Positions 10,740 through 18,676 of a DNA stretch of 64,000 nt are shown here, piece by piece (the stretch's first letter is position 1; every line of letters starts with the position of its first letter). The notes under the pieces were generated by a model, which worked only from the letters and a program-made list of their open reading frames with translations, was not told the origin of the DNA and did not search any database. Origin of the DNA: Spirochaetia bacterium (lineage in GTDB: Bacteria; Spirochaetota; Spirochaetia; SP-2023); the NCBI GenBank assembly GCA_965225855.1, contig CBDDCK010000001.1, forward strand, positions 160,001 through 224,000, in the 5' to 3' direction. The translations under genes were made by a program, and so were the position numbers.

Positions 10740-11519
10740 ATGAACGGATTCGATATTGAAACTCAAGAATGGAATGAAGAAAAATCTTGCCAATTCGCTT
10801 CCATTTATTTGCTACACCAAATAGATGAAGGAGCAGATATTCCTATTACACTTGATGAAAACTATCAATTTATTGAGCCTCTTTTGGAGGAATTGCATTG
10901 CAAAAAATACATTGATATTGATGGTACTTCCTACCGCCTTAATGAAAATGGTCAACAAGTGCTCAATCGTTTTTATCGCCGCTACGAAGAATATTTGCGG
11001 GTTTACGATATTTTTAGTGCTGTCGATTTGAATACTGGGGAATTTGCTTTTGCTAAATATTTTGATTTTGAAAGTGATGATGCTTGGTATGCTTATCTTG
11101 ATGATGAACGTTGGTCTGACTTGCGCCTTGCGGTTGCCCGACTCAAAAAGTTAGATGCCCATGAAATTGTGTTTATGAGCTTTTTAAATGAAGAACGTTT
11201 TGGTTCTGATCAAAATGGCTGGCAATTTGATTTAATTTTAGGTTCAATTTGGAATGAAATCCGCGATATTTGCCGCAACGCAATTACAGTAGAAGAATTA
11301 GGTAGTCAAGAAAAACTGGTTGAGTTCACGCGTCAAGGTTCCGATTTGTTAATCCAGTTGCTGGAACATGAAAAAAAACTTCAAGAATGGGAGCGCGAAA
11401 ATACAAATACAGATAATCATGGCAATGATTATGAAGTTGTCGAAATTGAAGAATTTTACCCTTATCGCGATCCATTTTATGTTTCGCCATTTTGGGCCAC
11501 ACCACTGTTTTTCCTTTGA
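10740..11519 (+). CDS. Conserved hypothetical acidic protein
   Basis: AGGAG RBS; 259-aa ORF co-oriented with the DUF350 gene. Confidence 0.7.
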   Translation: MNGFDIETQEWNEEKSCQFASIYLLHQIDEGADIPITLDENYQFIEPLLEELHCKKYIDIDGTSYRLNENGQQVLNRFYRRYEEYLRVYDIFSAVDLNTGEFAFAKYFDFESDDAWYAYLDDERWSDLRLAVARLKKLDAHEIVFMSFLNEERFGSDQNGWQFDLILGSIWNEIRDICRNAITVEELGSQEKLVEFTRQGSDLLIQLLEHEKKLQEWERENTNTDNHGNDYEVVEIEEFYPYRDPFYVSPFWATPLFFL

Positions 11520-11566
11520 GTTATATTCCTAGGAGAACATATTAGAATAATAAGGCGATAGAAAAA

Positions 11567-11821
11567 ATGAATTTAGATAGGATTTTAAATACCATAGGTA
11601 AAAGATGCTTTAGAAACTGTTACGAGATTGCATCTAAAAAAGGTCAAGATTTAAATATAAATGACTTATTAAAATATGATCCAATTTTGAGAAACACGGA
11701 AGCATCCGCATTAAGAACAAGACTAAAAGCTATTAAAAGAATATTTAGAGAAAACTTACAAGAGGAAGCCTTAGAATTATCAAAAAATGCCAAAAATTAT
11801 AAGAATAAGGATAATAATTAA
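11567..11821 (+). CDS. Small hypothetical protein
   Basis: 84-aa AT-rich ORF with protein-like sequence (LNTIGKRCF...RTRLKAIKRIFRENLQEEALE). Confidence 0.6.
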   Translation: MNLDRILNTIGKRCFRNCYEIASKKGQDLNINDLLKYDPILRNTEASALRTRLKAIKRIFRENLQEEALELSKNAKNYKNKDNN

Positions 11822-12203
11822 ATTCTCTCTTTGTAGTTTCTTTTGTTAAAATTCTTTTTCACATTCAGCAAAAAAGAAACAAACTTGATTTGGCCCATAG
11901 CTTACGGTATTTTAGTGCACCAAAGCGATTTTACTACGCCAGATATATTTACAAAAAATATAAATACCACCTAATAAAATCTATGCGTAACCTTCTTTGA
12001 AAGAGGACATGATAACTGAACGGGATAAGACGTGATAACTCGGGATTTTTTGGAACAAATGGGAAGGTAAAATTGGCTTACTTTCCAAAATAAAAAAGTA
12101 AAACCAAAATAAAAAAGTAAAAAATTTTCATTGCACGAGAAAAAGCCAGAATCCATTTTAAACACCAAACCAGAGCAAAAAACGCTCAAAACTTCAAAAA
12201 GCC

Positions 12204-12244
12204 AAAGCGGTGCTAGGATAACCAAACCATGCACCGCTTTTTTT
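12204..12244 (+). terminator. Intrinsic-terminator-like hairpin
   Basis: AAAGCGGTGC / GCACCGCTTT 10-bp stem, 17-nt loop, followed by a T run. Confidence 0.5.
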
Positions 12245-12357
12245 GTGCCTTTCAGCTGAATCCACAAATGGAACAAGTAAAAAATTTTTGTTTTTCGGCA
12301 TATGGGTTGTCGGCAACAATATGCTTTTAAAATATCATGGTAACGGGCCGTAGTCTC

Positions 12358-12400
12358 AAAAAGCTAGTAAGGTTTTGACTGAAAACCTTACTAGCTTTTT
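12358..12400. repeat. Perfect 19-bp inverted repeat
   Basis: AAAAAGCTAGTAAGGTTTT-GACTG-AAAACCTTACTAGCTTTTT. Confidence 0.95.
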
Positions 12401-12620
12401 TGATTGGCAACCTGGGGATTTTCCAACGAGGCTGTGGCAGTCTCTAAAAAAATTGCAAAAAATTGTATTGTATTATTTTGCTAAAAACTGGGCTGTACTG
12501 CGATACAAAAAACTCAAATTCTTATACCAAATTCTTATACTTTGTGCCATGATGTTTCGTACGATCATACGCAACGCAACACCCGGACTGCGTCTAGCGT
12601 ATTACAAATTTTTACCCAAG

Positions 12621-12660
12621 CAATCTCAAGGTATCTCAAGGTATCTCAAATAATCTCAAG
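12621..12660 (+). repeat. 10-bp tandem repeat NNATCTCAAG x4
   Basis: caatctcaag gtatctcaag gtatctcaaa taatctcaag. Confidence 0.9.
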
Positions 12661-12855
12661 ACTTTTGATTGGCATGGATTTTAACCACCTTACAACACAA
12701 AACAACACTAAGACACAAAAAAAGTGCCCCAAACATAAAAAAAGACAAAAAAACTTATATGGGCCTTGACGCAACACCCCCCCTAGCAAAATGGGGATTT
12801 ACACACTAGCCCGTATGGGTTGGCCAATCTTTATCCATTTTTGGAGGTATTGCTT
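12655..12855 (+). promoter_or_regulatory. Conserved leader of adhesin-like lipoprotein A (duplicated at 47998-48189)
   Basis: Near-identical to 47998-48189; contains TGGCATGGATTTT, TTGACG-caaca-C7-TAGCAAAAT and a GGAGG RBS. Confidence 0.8.
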
Positions 12856-14787
12856 ATGTATAAGCACAAACTACTTTTATTGCCTGTAGCCTTGCTACTG
12901 GCCTTTATGGCCTTTGCCTGCGCCCCACCCGATGACGATGATGCGCCATCTTCTGGGCCGACTATCAATAAGGCCATCTACGATGTTGGCACGGCACTGT
13001 TAACCTTGCAAGGTACTAACTTAAGTCCTACAACTGCGACCCAAGCGCAAATCCAAACCATCAAAGTATATGGCGTAGCCTTCAGTTCCTATACTGCAGA
13101 TGACCCAGCCACTGGTGAAGATAGTAGCGATCTTGCAAAAGGTAAGTACCGTATTGCAAACGATGGCACAGCGCTTTGGCTGAAACTTAAAGATGAACAT
13201 AAAGTTACTCTGAATGGCAAGACAGGTATGGATAGCAATGGTAGAAAAGATGGGTTGCTTACTAGCACTGGTGCTTGGGCGGGTTTAAATACAGCCAAAG
13301 ACTTGGTCGTTAAGTATATACCCGATAAGCAGTCTAAAGTATCCGATGACAATCAGCCATCTAAGCAAACTGAAGACGAACAAGACGAAGATCAGTCGCC
13401 TAAGCAACCTAAAGACGAACAAGACGAACAAGACGAAGATCAGTCGCCTAAGCAACCTAAAGACGAACAAGACGAACAAGACGAAGATCAGTCGCCTAAG
13501 CAACCTAAAGACGAACAAGACGAACAAGACGAAGATCAGTCGCCTAAGCAACCTAAAGACGAACAAGTCGAACAAGTCGAAGATCAGTCGCCTAAGCAAC
13601 CTAAAGACGAACAAGACGAACAAGACGAAGATCAGTCGCCTAAGCAACCTAAAGACGAACAAGTCGAACAAGTCGAAGAGGAGTCGCCTGAAGCCGCAAT
13701 TACCCGTGCAAGCTACAATGTTACTTCAGGCTTCTTAGTGATTACAGGTGTCAATTTACCAGCAGCAGTTACAGGCTGGGACTTTAGCAAATTGACGCTT
13801 GTATCCGGTGATCGTACTAATAGATTCACATTACCTAAGCACTCAACTTTAGTTAGAAACACAGCCATAGGTTCTTCAGCAAGTGCAACAAAATTATTTA
13901 TTTTTTTAAGAGGTAGTGTAAAAGTCAAAGCCGATAAGATACTGGTTAAGGATGGTGTTCGTGATGCTAATGGTGCATACAACCTGGAAGCAGCAGCAGG
14001 ATTTGCAGGTGGTAACGCAGCAGACACAACCAATCCTATTACCGTTAGCGGGCATACAACCAGCATCACCAAAGCACAATACGATTCTAATACAGGCGTG
14101 TTATTGATTCAGGGTATCAAGTTACCGAAAACAGTTACAGACTGGGACTTTAGCAAATTGACGCTTGTATCCGGTGATGGTACTAATAGATACACATTAC
14201 CCCAGCACGCAACTGCAGGTGAAAACACAGCCTCAGGTTCTAATGCAAGTGCAACAAGCTTAACGATTACTTTAAGCGGTAGTATAAAAGCGGAAGCCGA
14301 GAAGATACTGGTTAAGGATGGTGTTCGTGATGCTAATGGTGCATACAACCTGGAAGCAGCAGCAGGCTTTGTACCTGGTAATCCAGCAGACACAAGCAAC
14401 CCGATTACCGTTAGTGGCTACGTAAGCCAGATCAACTCCGTAATCTACAGAACTAGAGGCTTGTTATTGATTTATGGTAGCAGGTTACCGACAGCAGTTG
14501 CAGACTGGGACTTTAGCAAATTGACGCTTGTATCCGGTGATGGTAGTAAGAGATTCACATTACCCCAGCACGCAACCGAAGGCGCAAACAAAGCCACAGG
14601 TTCTCGTGCAATTGCAACAAGCTTAACGATTACTTTAAGCGGTAGTGTAAAAGCCAAAGTCAATGCTATACTGGTTAAGGCTGGTCTTGGTGATGCTAAT
14701 GGTGCATACAACCTGGAAGCAGCAGCAGGCTTTGCAGGTGGTAGCACTGAAGACCCAACCACTGGTATTCAAGTTACAAGTTGGTAA
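12856..14787 (+). CDS. Modular surface lipoprotein A: divergent N-terminal repeat, acidic tandem-repeat linker, 3 x about 120-aa repeat domains
   Basis: GGAGG RBS then ATG 12856; signal peptide with lipobox MAFAC; WDFSKLTLVSGD...YNLEAAAGF domain x3; paralog at 48190-50382. Confidence 0.9.
   Translation: MYKHKLLLLPVALLLAFMAFACAPPDDDDAPSSGPTINKAIYDVGTALLTLQGTNLSPTTATQAQIQTIKVYGVAFSSYTADDPATGEDSSDLAKGKYRIANDGTALWLKLKDEHKVTLNGKTGMDSNGRKDGLLTSTGAWAGLNTAKDLVVKYIPDKQSKVSDDNQPSKQTEDEQDEDQSPKQPKDEQDEQDEDQSPKQPKDEQDEQDEDQSPKQPKDEQDEQDEDQSPKQPKDEQVEQVEDQSPKQPKDEQDEQDEDQSPKQPKDEQVEQVEEESPEAAITRASYNVTSGFLVITGVNLPAAVTGWDFSKLTLVSGDRTNRFTLPKHSTLVRNTAIGSSASATKLFIFLRGSVKVKADKILVKDGVRDANGAYNLEAAAGFAGGNAADTTNPITVSGHTTSITKAQYDSNTGVLLIQGIKLPKTVTDWDFSKLTLVSGDGTNRYTLPQHATAGENTASGSNASATSLTITLSGSIKAEAEKILVKDGVRDANGAYNLEAAAGFVPGNPADTSNPITVSGYVSQINSVIYRTRGLLLIYGSRLPTAVADWDFSKLTLVSGDGSKRFTLPQHATEGANKATGSRAIATSLTITLSGSVKAKVNAILVKAGLGDANGAYNLEAAAGFAGGSTEDPTTGIQVTSW
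13396..13683 (+). repeat. 48-bp coding tandem repeat x6 (SPKQPKDEQDEQDEDQ)
   Basis: Unit tcgcctaagcaacctaaagacgaacaagacgaacaagacgaagatcag; copies 4 and 6 carry gtc (Val) variants. Confidence 0.97.
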
Positions 14788-14825
14788 GTAGGGTTTGGTT
14801 GTTGCAACGCTTGCATTTGAAAATT

Positions 14826-15030
14826 GCAACCTTGGTAAGTTTTTTAGCAAGGTTGCTTTTATCAAATTATAGCCTTGGTATGGAGAAAATACCAAGGCTG
14901 GAAAAAAATTTATTAAGGCTGGAAATTTTTTTGTCAAGGCTGGAAATTTTTTTATCAAGGTTGCTTTTGCCAATTACAGCCTTGGTAAATACGGGAAGCC
15001 AATATAGCCAAAGGCTGGTACAACCAAGCT
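14826..15030. repeat. Composite direct/inverted repeat array built from the CAAGGYTG motif
   Basis: Inverted pairs 14826-14834/14848-14856 and 14871-14881/14889-14899; four direct units at 14893, 14914, 14935, 14956 (21-bp period). Confidence 0.88.
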
Positions 15031-15066
15031 AAAAAGAACAAAAAATTTGGAAGCCGAATTACAGGC

Positions 15067-15229
15067 TTAATTATTTTGATTATTATAGGATTTCTCCACA
15101 ATACCCCATAAGTAAGTGTTTATCAATTTCTGTTATTCCATCTGGGATAGTTGGGTAAACACTAAATAATTCATCTAAATAATTTCTTTGATTGGCAAAT
15201 TCAATACTCAATTGAGTCCAGTAATTCAT
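15067..15229 (-). pseudogene. Truncated, frameshifted remnant of a type II restriction endonuclease (Tsp45I-like N-terminus)
   Basis: Manual translation MNYWTQLSIEFANQRNYLDELFSVYPTIPDGITEIDKHL, then a CTTA duplication, then WGIVEKSYNNQNN*; family call from recollection. Confidence 0.6.
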
Positions 15230-15295
15230 TTATATTTTTCTATTTATCGTCTCAAAATTATTTTAATGCTCATTATCATCTAATCTTATGCTGAC

Positions 15296-16087
15296 TTATT
15301 TCAGTATAGTACCGACAAAATTTTGGCCTCTAAGAATTTTCTGCAAATTATCTAAATTTCGGCCATCGGCAAAAATCAGTTCCAAACCAATCTCTGCTGC
15401 ACGGGCTGTAGCCATCGGATCAAAAGGCATGGATTGACCAGGATTCCATTGATTACTAATCATTTTCTGATAATTTTCCCAACTCAATTCAACAAGTGGC
15501 CTCGCATTGGTATTTTGAGCGGGGTCATCATCATAAATTTGAGCGATGTTCGATAAGCATAAAAGTCGTTTTGCGCCAACATGTTCAGCTAATAAAACAG
15601 AATCATAATCTGTAGAAAAACCAGGTTTCCAGCCACTGCCAACGACAATACGCCCAAGTGTATCTACAGGGGGTAAATTGTCATATTGGGTGAGAAGAGG
15701 TTGTGTAACAAAGCCTTGCGATGGCATATCTTTATCTTTGAAGCTAGAAGCTAATAAGCGTATAAATTCTCCATTTAAATGGGTGGCGCGAATACCCTGC
15801 CAATCTAAAGCTTCATTAGATAATTTGGGCAATATAATATCTTGTTGCAACTTCTGATGCACAGCCAAAGCGGCCATTTGATAACGCCTTGCAGGAGCCC
15901 CCCCGCCAACAACCAGCCCTAGATGGCGCAATTCATCTTTTTGCCACCAGTTATGTAAAAAACTTAAAAGCTCCGTTATAAAGGTTACATCTGGCCCTTC
16001 ACAATTTACAGGAGAAACAATAGCCCCCCCCAGGTCAATTATCAACCATTGCTTTTGTTCTTCATGTTGCATACACACTTGTTCCAT
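15296..16087 (-). CDS. pyrH: UMP kinase (archaeal/spirochaete type)
   Basis: LGG, VVGGGAPARRYQ, LDWQGIRAT, GWKPGFSTDYD, YDDDP, PFDP motifs. Confidence 0.88.
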   Translation of the reverse strand: MEQVCMQHEEQKQWLIIDLGGAIVSPVNCEGPDVTFITELLSFLHNWWQKDELRHLGLVVGGGAPARRYQMAALAVHQKLQQDIILPKLSNEALDWQGIRATHLNGEFIRLLASSFKDKDMPSQGFVTQPLLTQYDNLPPVDTLGRIVVGSGWKPGFSTDYDSVLLAEHVGAKRLLCLSNIAQIYDDDPAQNTNARPLVELSWENYQKMISNQWNPGQSMPFDPMATARAAEIGLELIFADGRNLDNLQKILRGQNFVGTILK

Positions 16088-16105
16088 AATCCCATAGATG
16101 ATTGA

Positions 16106-16819
16106 TTATTGAAAGAAACCATTATCAGAATCAATAAAGCCCAAATAGGTTAGCGGACTTTTGACAATGGCTAGCTCAACCTCGTCAATATAAGCCGATT
16201 GCGCCATAAATGCGATAACAAAACTTGTGTAAACTGGATTCTTAGCATATTCGGAAAAATCAGAAGATTTGCGTCCTTTAATATCCCTATCACTAGATAG
16301 ATTATACTCACCATAAAATGATTTACGGCTGCTATCGGTTGTCGATACAGCAACGTTGCGCCGTACATTATAGGGCGACGAGCCTCCTTCAACAGAAACA
16401 CGAATATAATTGCCTGTATCACCTGGCAACTTTGTAATAGTTACAAGCTTATTTATTGCAATACCCCGAAAATAATAACCATCATTGACATTGGCACTAA
16501 GGTATAATTCATGAAAATCTTTCTTACGAATCTCGTCGCTGTCATCATTTTGATTGGAATCTACAAAATATTGTTCGTCAGCATCAATTAATTTATTGGT
16601 ATTGGTCTTGCTGATATAGGGATAAATTTTATACCAAACAATATAGCGGGTAATTTTATCATCATTCGGTGTTTTAAAAACTAAATTATTATCTTTAGAA
16701 CTCGTGCTATCTACGGAAATAGGGCTTTCGGGTATCTCCACAATATCAGGTAACCCACAGCTGCTAAATAAAACTATGTAGACAGCTGCGAGGTATTTTT
16801 TCCAGTTGTTCACTTTCAA
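16106..16819 (-). CDS. Hypothetical lipoprotein
   Basis: Signal peptide with lipobox LFSSC. Confidence 0.75.
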   Translation of the reverse strand: MKVNNWKKYLAAVYIVLFSSCGLPDIVEIPESPISVDSTSSKDNNLVFKTPNDDKITRYIVWYKIYPYISKTNTNKLIDADEQYFVDSNQNDDSDEIRKKDFHELYLSANVNDGYYFRGIAINKLVTITKLPGDTGNYIRVSVEGGSSPYNVRRNVAVSTTDSSRKSFYGEYNLSSDRDIKGRKSSDFSEYAKNPVYTSFVIAFMAQSAYIDEVELAIVKSPLTYLGFIDSDNGFFQ

Positions 16820-16853
16820 AAACTTTGTATCGCTATCTTATGGAAAACAATTT

Positions 16854-17831
16854 TTAAGTTTTATCATTGGCAAACAAAGCACTCAACTCTTGTGATTCTT
16901 TTGGCCCTAGCTGCTCAATAACTTTTGAAGCCTTCAAATTTTGTTCTAATTGCTCTAAAGAGCTAGCTCCTAAAATAATGCTGCTAACATTGGAATTTGC
17001 GGCACACCAAGCAATAGCCAACTGAGCTGAATTACAATTAAATCTTTCGCTGGCAATTTGATTCAATTTTCTCAAAGCTTGATTTTTATCTTGGCGTAGG
17101 AGTTGATCATTTAACCAAAAGTAACCCGGCAATTTGGCTCGACTATCGCTGGGCACACCATCTAAATATTTTCCACTTAAAAACCCTCCCGCAAGCGGAC
17201 TAAAACTGGTAATACCCAAACCAATATCTTGATACAAACGCTTGTATTCTTGCTCCACCAGAGTCCGCGTAACTAAATTATAACAAGGTTGCTCTGTTAC
17301 CGGCTTATGCCAACCATGCCGATCACAAATATCCCAAGCGGCACGAATCTCGGCAGCACTCCATTCACTGGTGCCCCAGTAAAGTGCTTTCCCTTGGGAA
17401 ATTAAATCATGCATAGCATGGGCAGTCTCTTCAATCGGAGTCTTTGGGTCTGGACGATGGCAGTAAATAATATCCAAAAAATCAAAGCCAAGGCGTATTA
17501 AAGAGCCTTCTACAGCTTGAATCAAATATTTTCGATTTAAGGTTTTCTTCATATTGACAATGCCTGAATGAATACCGAAAAAATATTTACTGCTAACGCA
17601 ATAGCTATAGCGCGGTAACCCAAGTTTGCGCAGTGCTTCGCCCATAATTCGTTCGGACTCGCCAGTCTCATAGGCTTCTGCGTTGTCAAAAAAGTTAATA
17701 CCGGCATCGTAGGCAGTCTTGATTATATTCGTAGCACTGTGTAATTGATGATGTCTACCAAATGTGATCCATGAACCCAGTGAAAGTATGCTAAGCTGCA
17801 AACCACTGTTCCCCAAATTGCGATATTGCAT
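16854..17831 (-). CDS. Aldo/keto reductase (Kv-beta-like subfamily)
   Basis: MQYRNLGNSGL..LSLGSW, GINFFDNAEAY, YWGTSEW, SPLAGGFLSGKY. Confidence 0.93.
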   Translation of the reverse strand: MQYRNLGNSGLQLSILSLGSWITFGRHHQLHSATNIIKTAYDAGINFFDNAEAYETGESERIMGEALRKLGLPRYSYCVSSKYFFGIHSGIVNMKKTLNRKYLIQAVEGSLIRLGFDFLDIIYCHRPDPKTPIEETAHAMHDLISQGKALYWGTSEWSAAEIRAAWDICDRHGWHKPVTEQPCYNLVTRTLVEQEYKRLYQDIGLGITSFSPLAGGFLSGKYLDGVPSDSRAKLPGYFWLNDQLLRQDKNQALRKLNQIASERFNCNSAQLAIAWCAANSNVSSIILGASSLEQLEQNLKASKVIEQLGPKESQELSALFANDKT

Positions 17832-17927
17832 ATTATTTCTCCTAATTATTTTTCGTTTGCCAGTTAATTAAACTAGCATGGATAGATTTAAACAAATTGT
17901 AAATTTACAGAAATTAAACACAAATAA

Positions 17928-18659
17928 CTACATTTTTATGCTAAATTTCCCCTCATAGCCAAAAACAAGGCAGAAATATTTTAGTAATTGCATTGCAACT
18001 TGCTCGACCTGTACATTGGGATTGCTTAAATTTCCCCCGCTTAGTTCATGTTCCAAGCTGGTTACAGAACAGTCGGCAATACCACAAGGTACAATTTGCT
18101 TAAAAAAGTTTAAGTCGGTACATACATTTAAGGCAAAGCCATGCATAGAAACCCCTTGCTTAATGGAGATTCCCAACGCAGCAATCTTACGGGCTGAAAT
18201 ATGCTTTTGCCCCAACCAAACCCCTCTATGCTGGCTATCTCGCCACGGCTCTAAATGATATTCAGAACACAACAACATTAAGGCCTCTTCCAAGCGGAAG
18301 ACAAACTCCTTCACCCCTATCCCTACTTTATTTTCAGATGGACTTTCAAGCTTATGGCCCTGCCCTACATTTAATTCATTTAGTTTCACGTGGGAATAGC
18401 CCATCAATTGCCCCGGGCCATGATACGTTATTTCCCCTCCCCTATCACAACGCAATAGAGGCGCAGCCAACATTTCTTCAGAAACCAAAATATTGTGTTG
18501 GCTATCGCGGCGCCCCATGGTAAAAACGCTATCATGCTCTAACAATAAAAGTGTATCACTAATTTCCCCTGCAAGCCGCTGCTTCCAAATCATCTGCTGG
18601 GCAGCTAAACCCTCTTCATAGGAAAGTCTCCCCAAATATTTCACATTTAAATGATTCAT
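17928..18659 (-). CDS. lipB: Lipoyl(octanoyl) transferase
   Basis: LLEHDSVFTMGR, RGGEITYHGPGQL, KIAALG, HGFALNV, IVPCG. Confidence 0.95.
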   Translation of the reverse strand: MNHLNVKYLGRLSYEEGLAAQQMIWKQRLAGEISDTLLLLEHDSVFTMGRRDSQHNILVSEEMLAAPLLRCDRGGEITYHGPGQLMGYSHVKLNELNVGQGHKLESPSENKVGIGVKEFVFRLEEALMLLCSEYHLEPWRDSQHRGVWLGQKHISARKIAALGISIKQGVSMHGFALNVCTDLNFFKQIVPCGIADCSVTSLEHELSGGNLSNPNVQVEQVAMQLLKYFCLVFGYEGKFSIKM

Positions 18660-18676
18660 AATTATAGATTGAAATT

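Noticed and set aside
11971..12769. Short ORFs of 75-101 aa in the island A flank
   Set aside because: No RBS or recognisable motifs; they cross hairpins and repeats.
13396..13683. Possible CRISPR array
   Set aside because: The units are contiguous with no unique spacers, lie in frame inside a CDS, and there are no cas genes in the window.
13285..13738. Alternative-frame ORFs (128 aa minus, 130 aa plus) over the VNTR
   Set aside because: By-products of a stop-free tandem repeat inside the lipoprotein gene.
14635..15032. ORFs with 7-aa periodicity (RLEIFLS / KKFPALT)
   Set aside because: They simply translate the 21-bp DNA repeat; the inverted copies argue for a nucleic-acid-level element.
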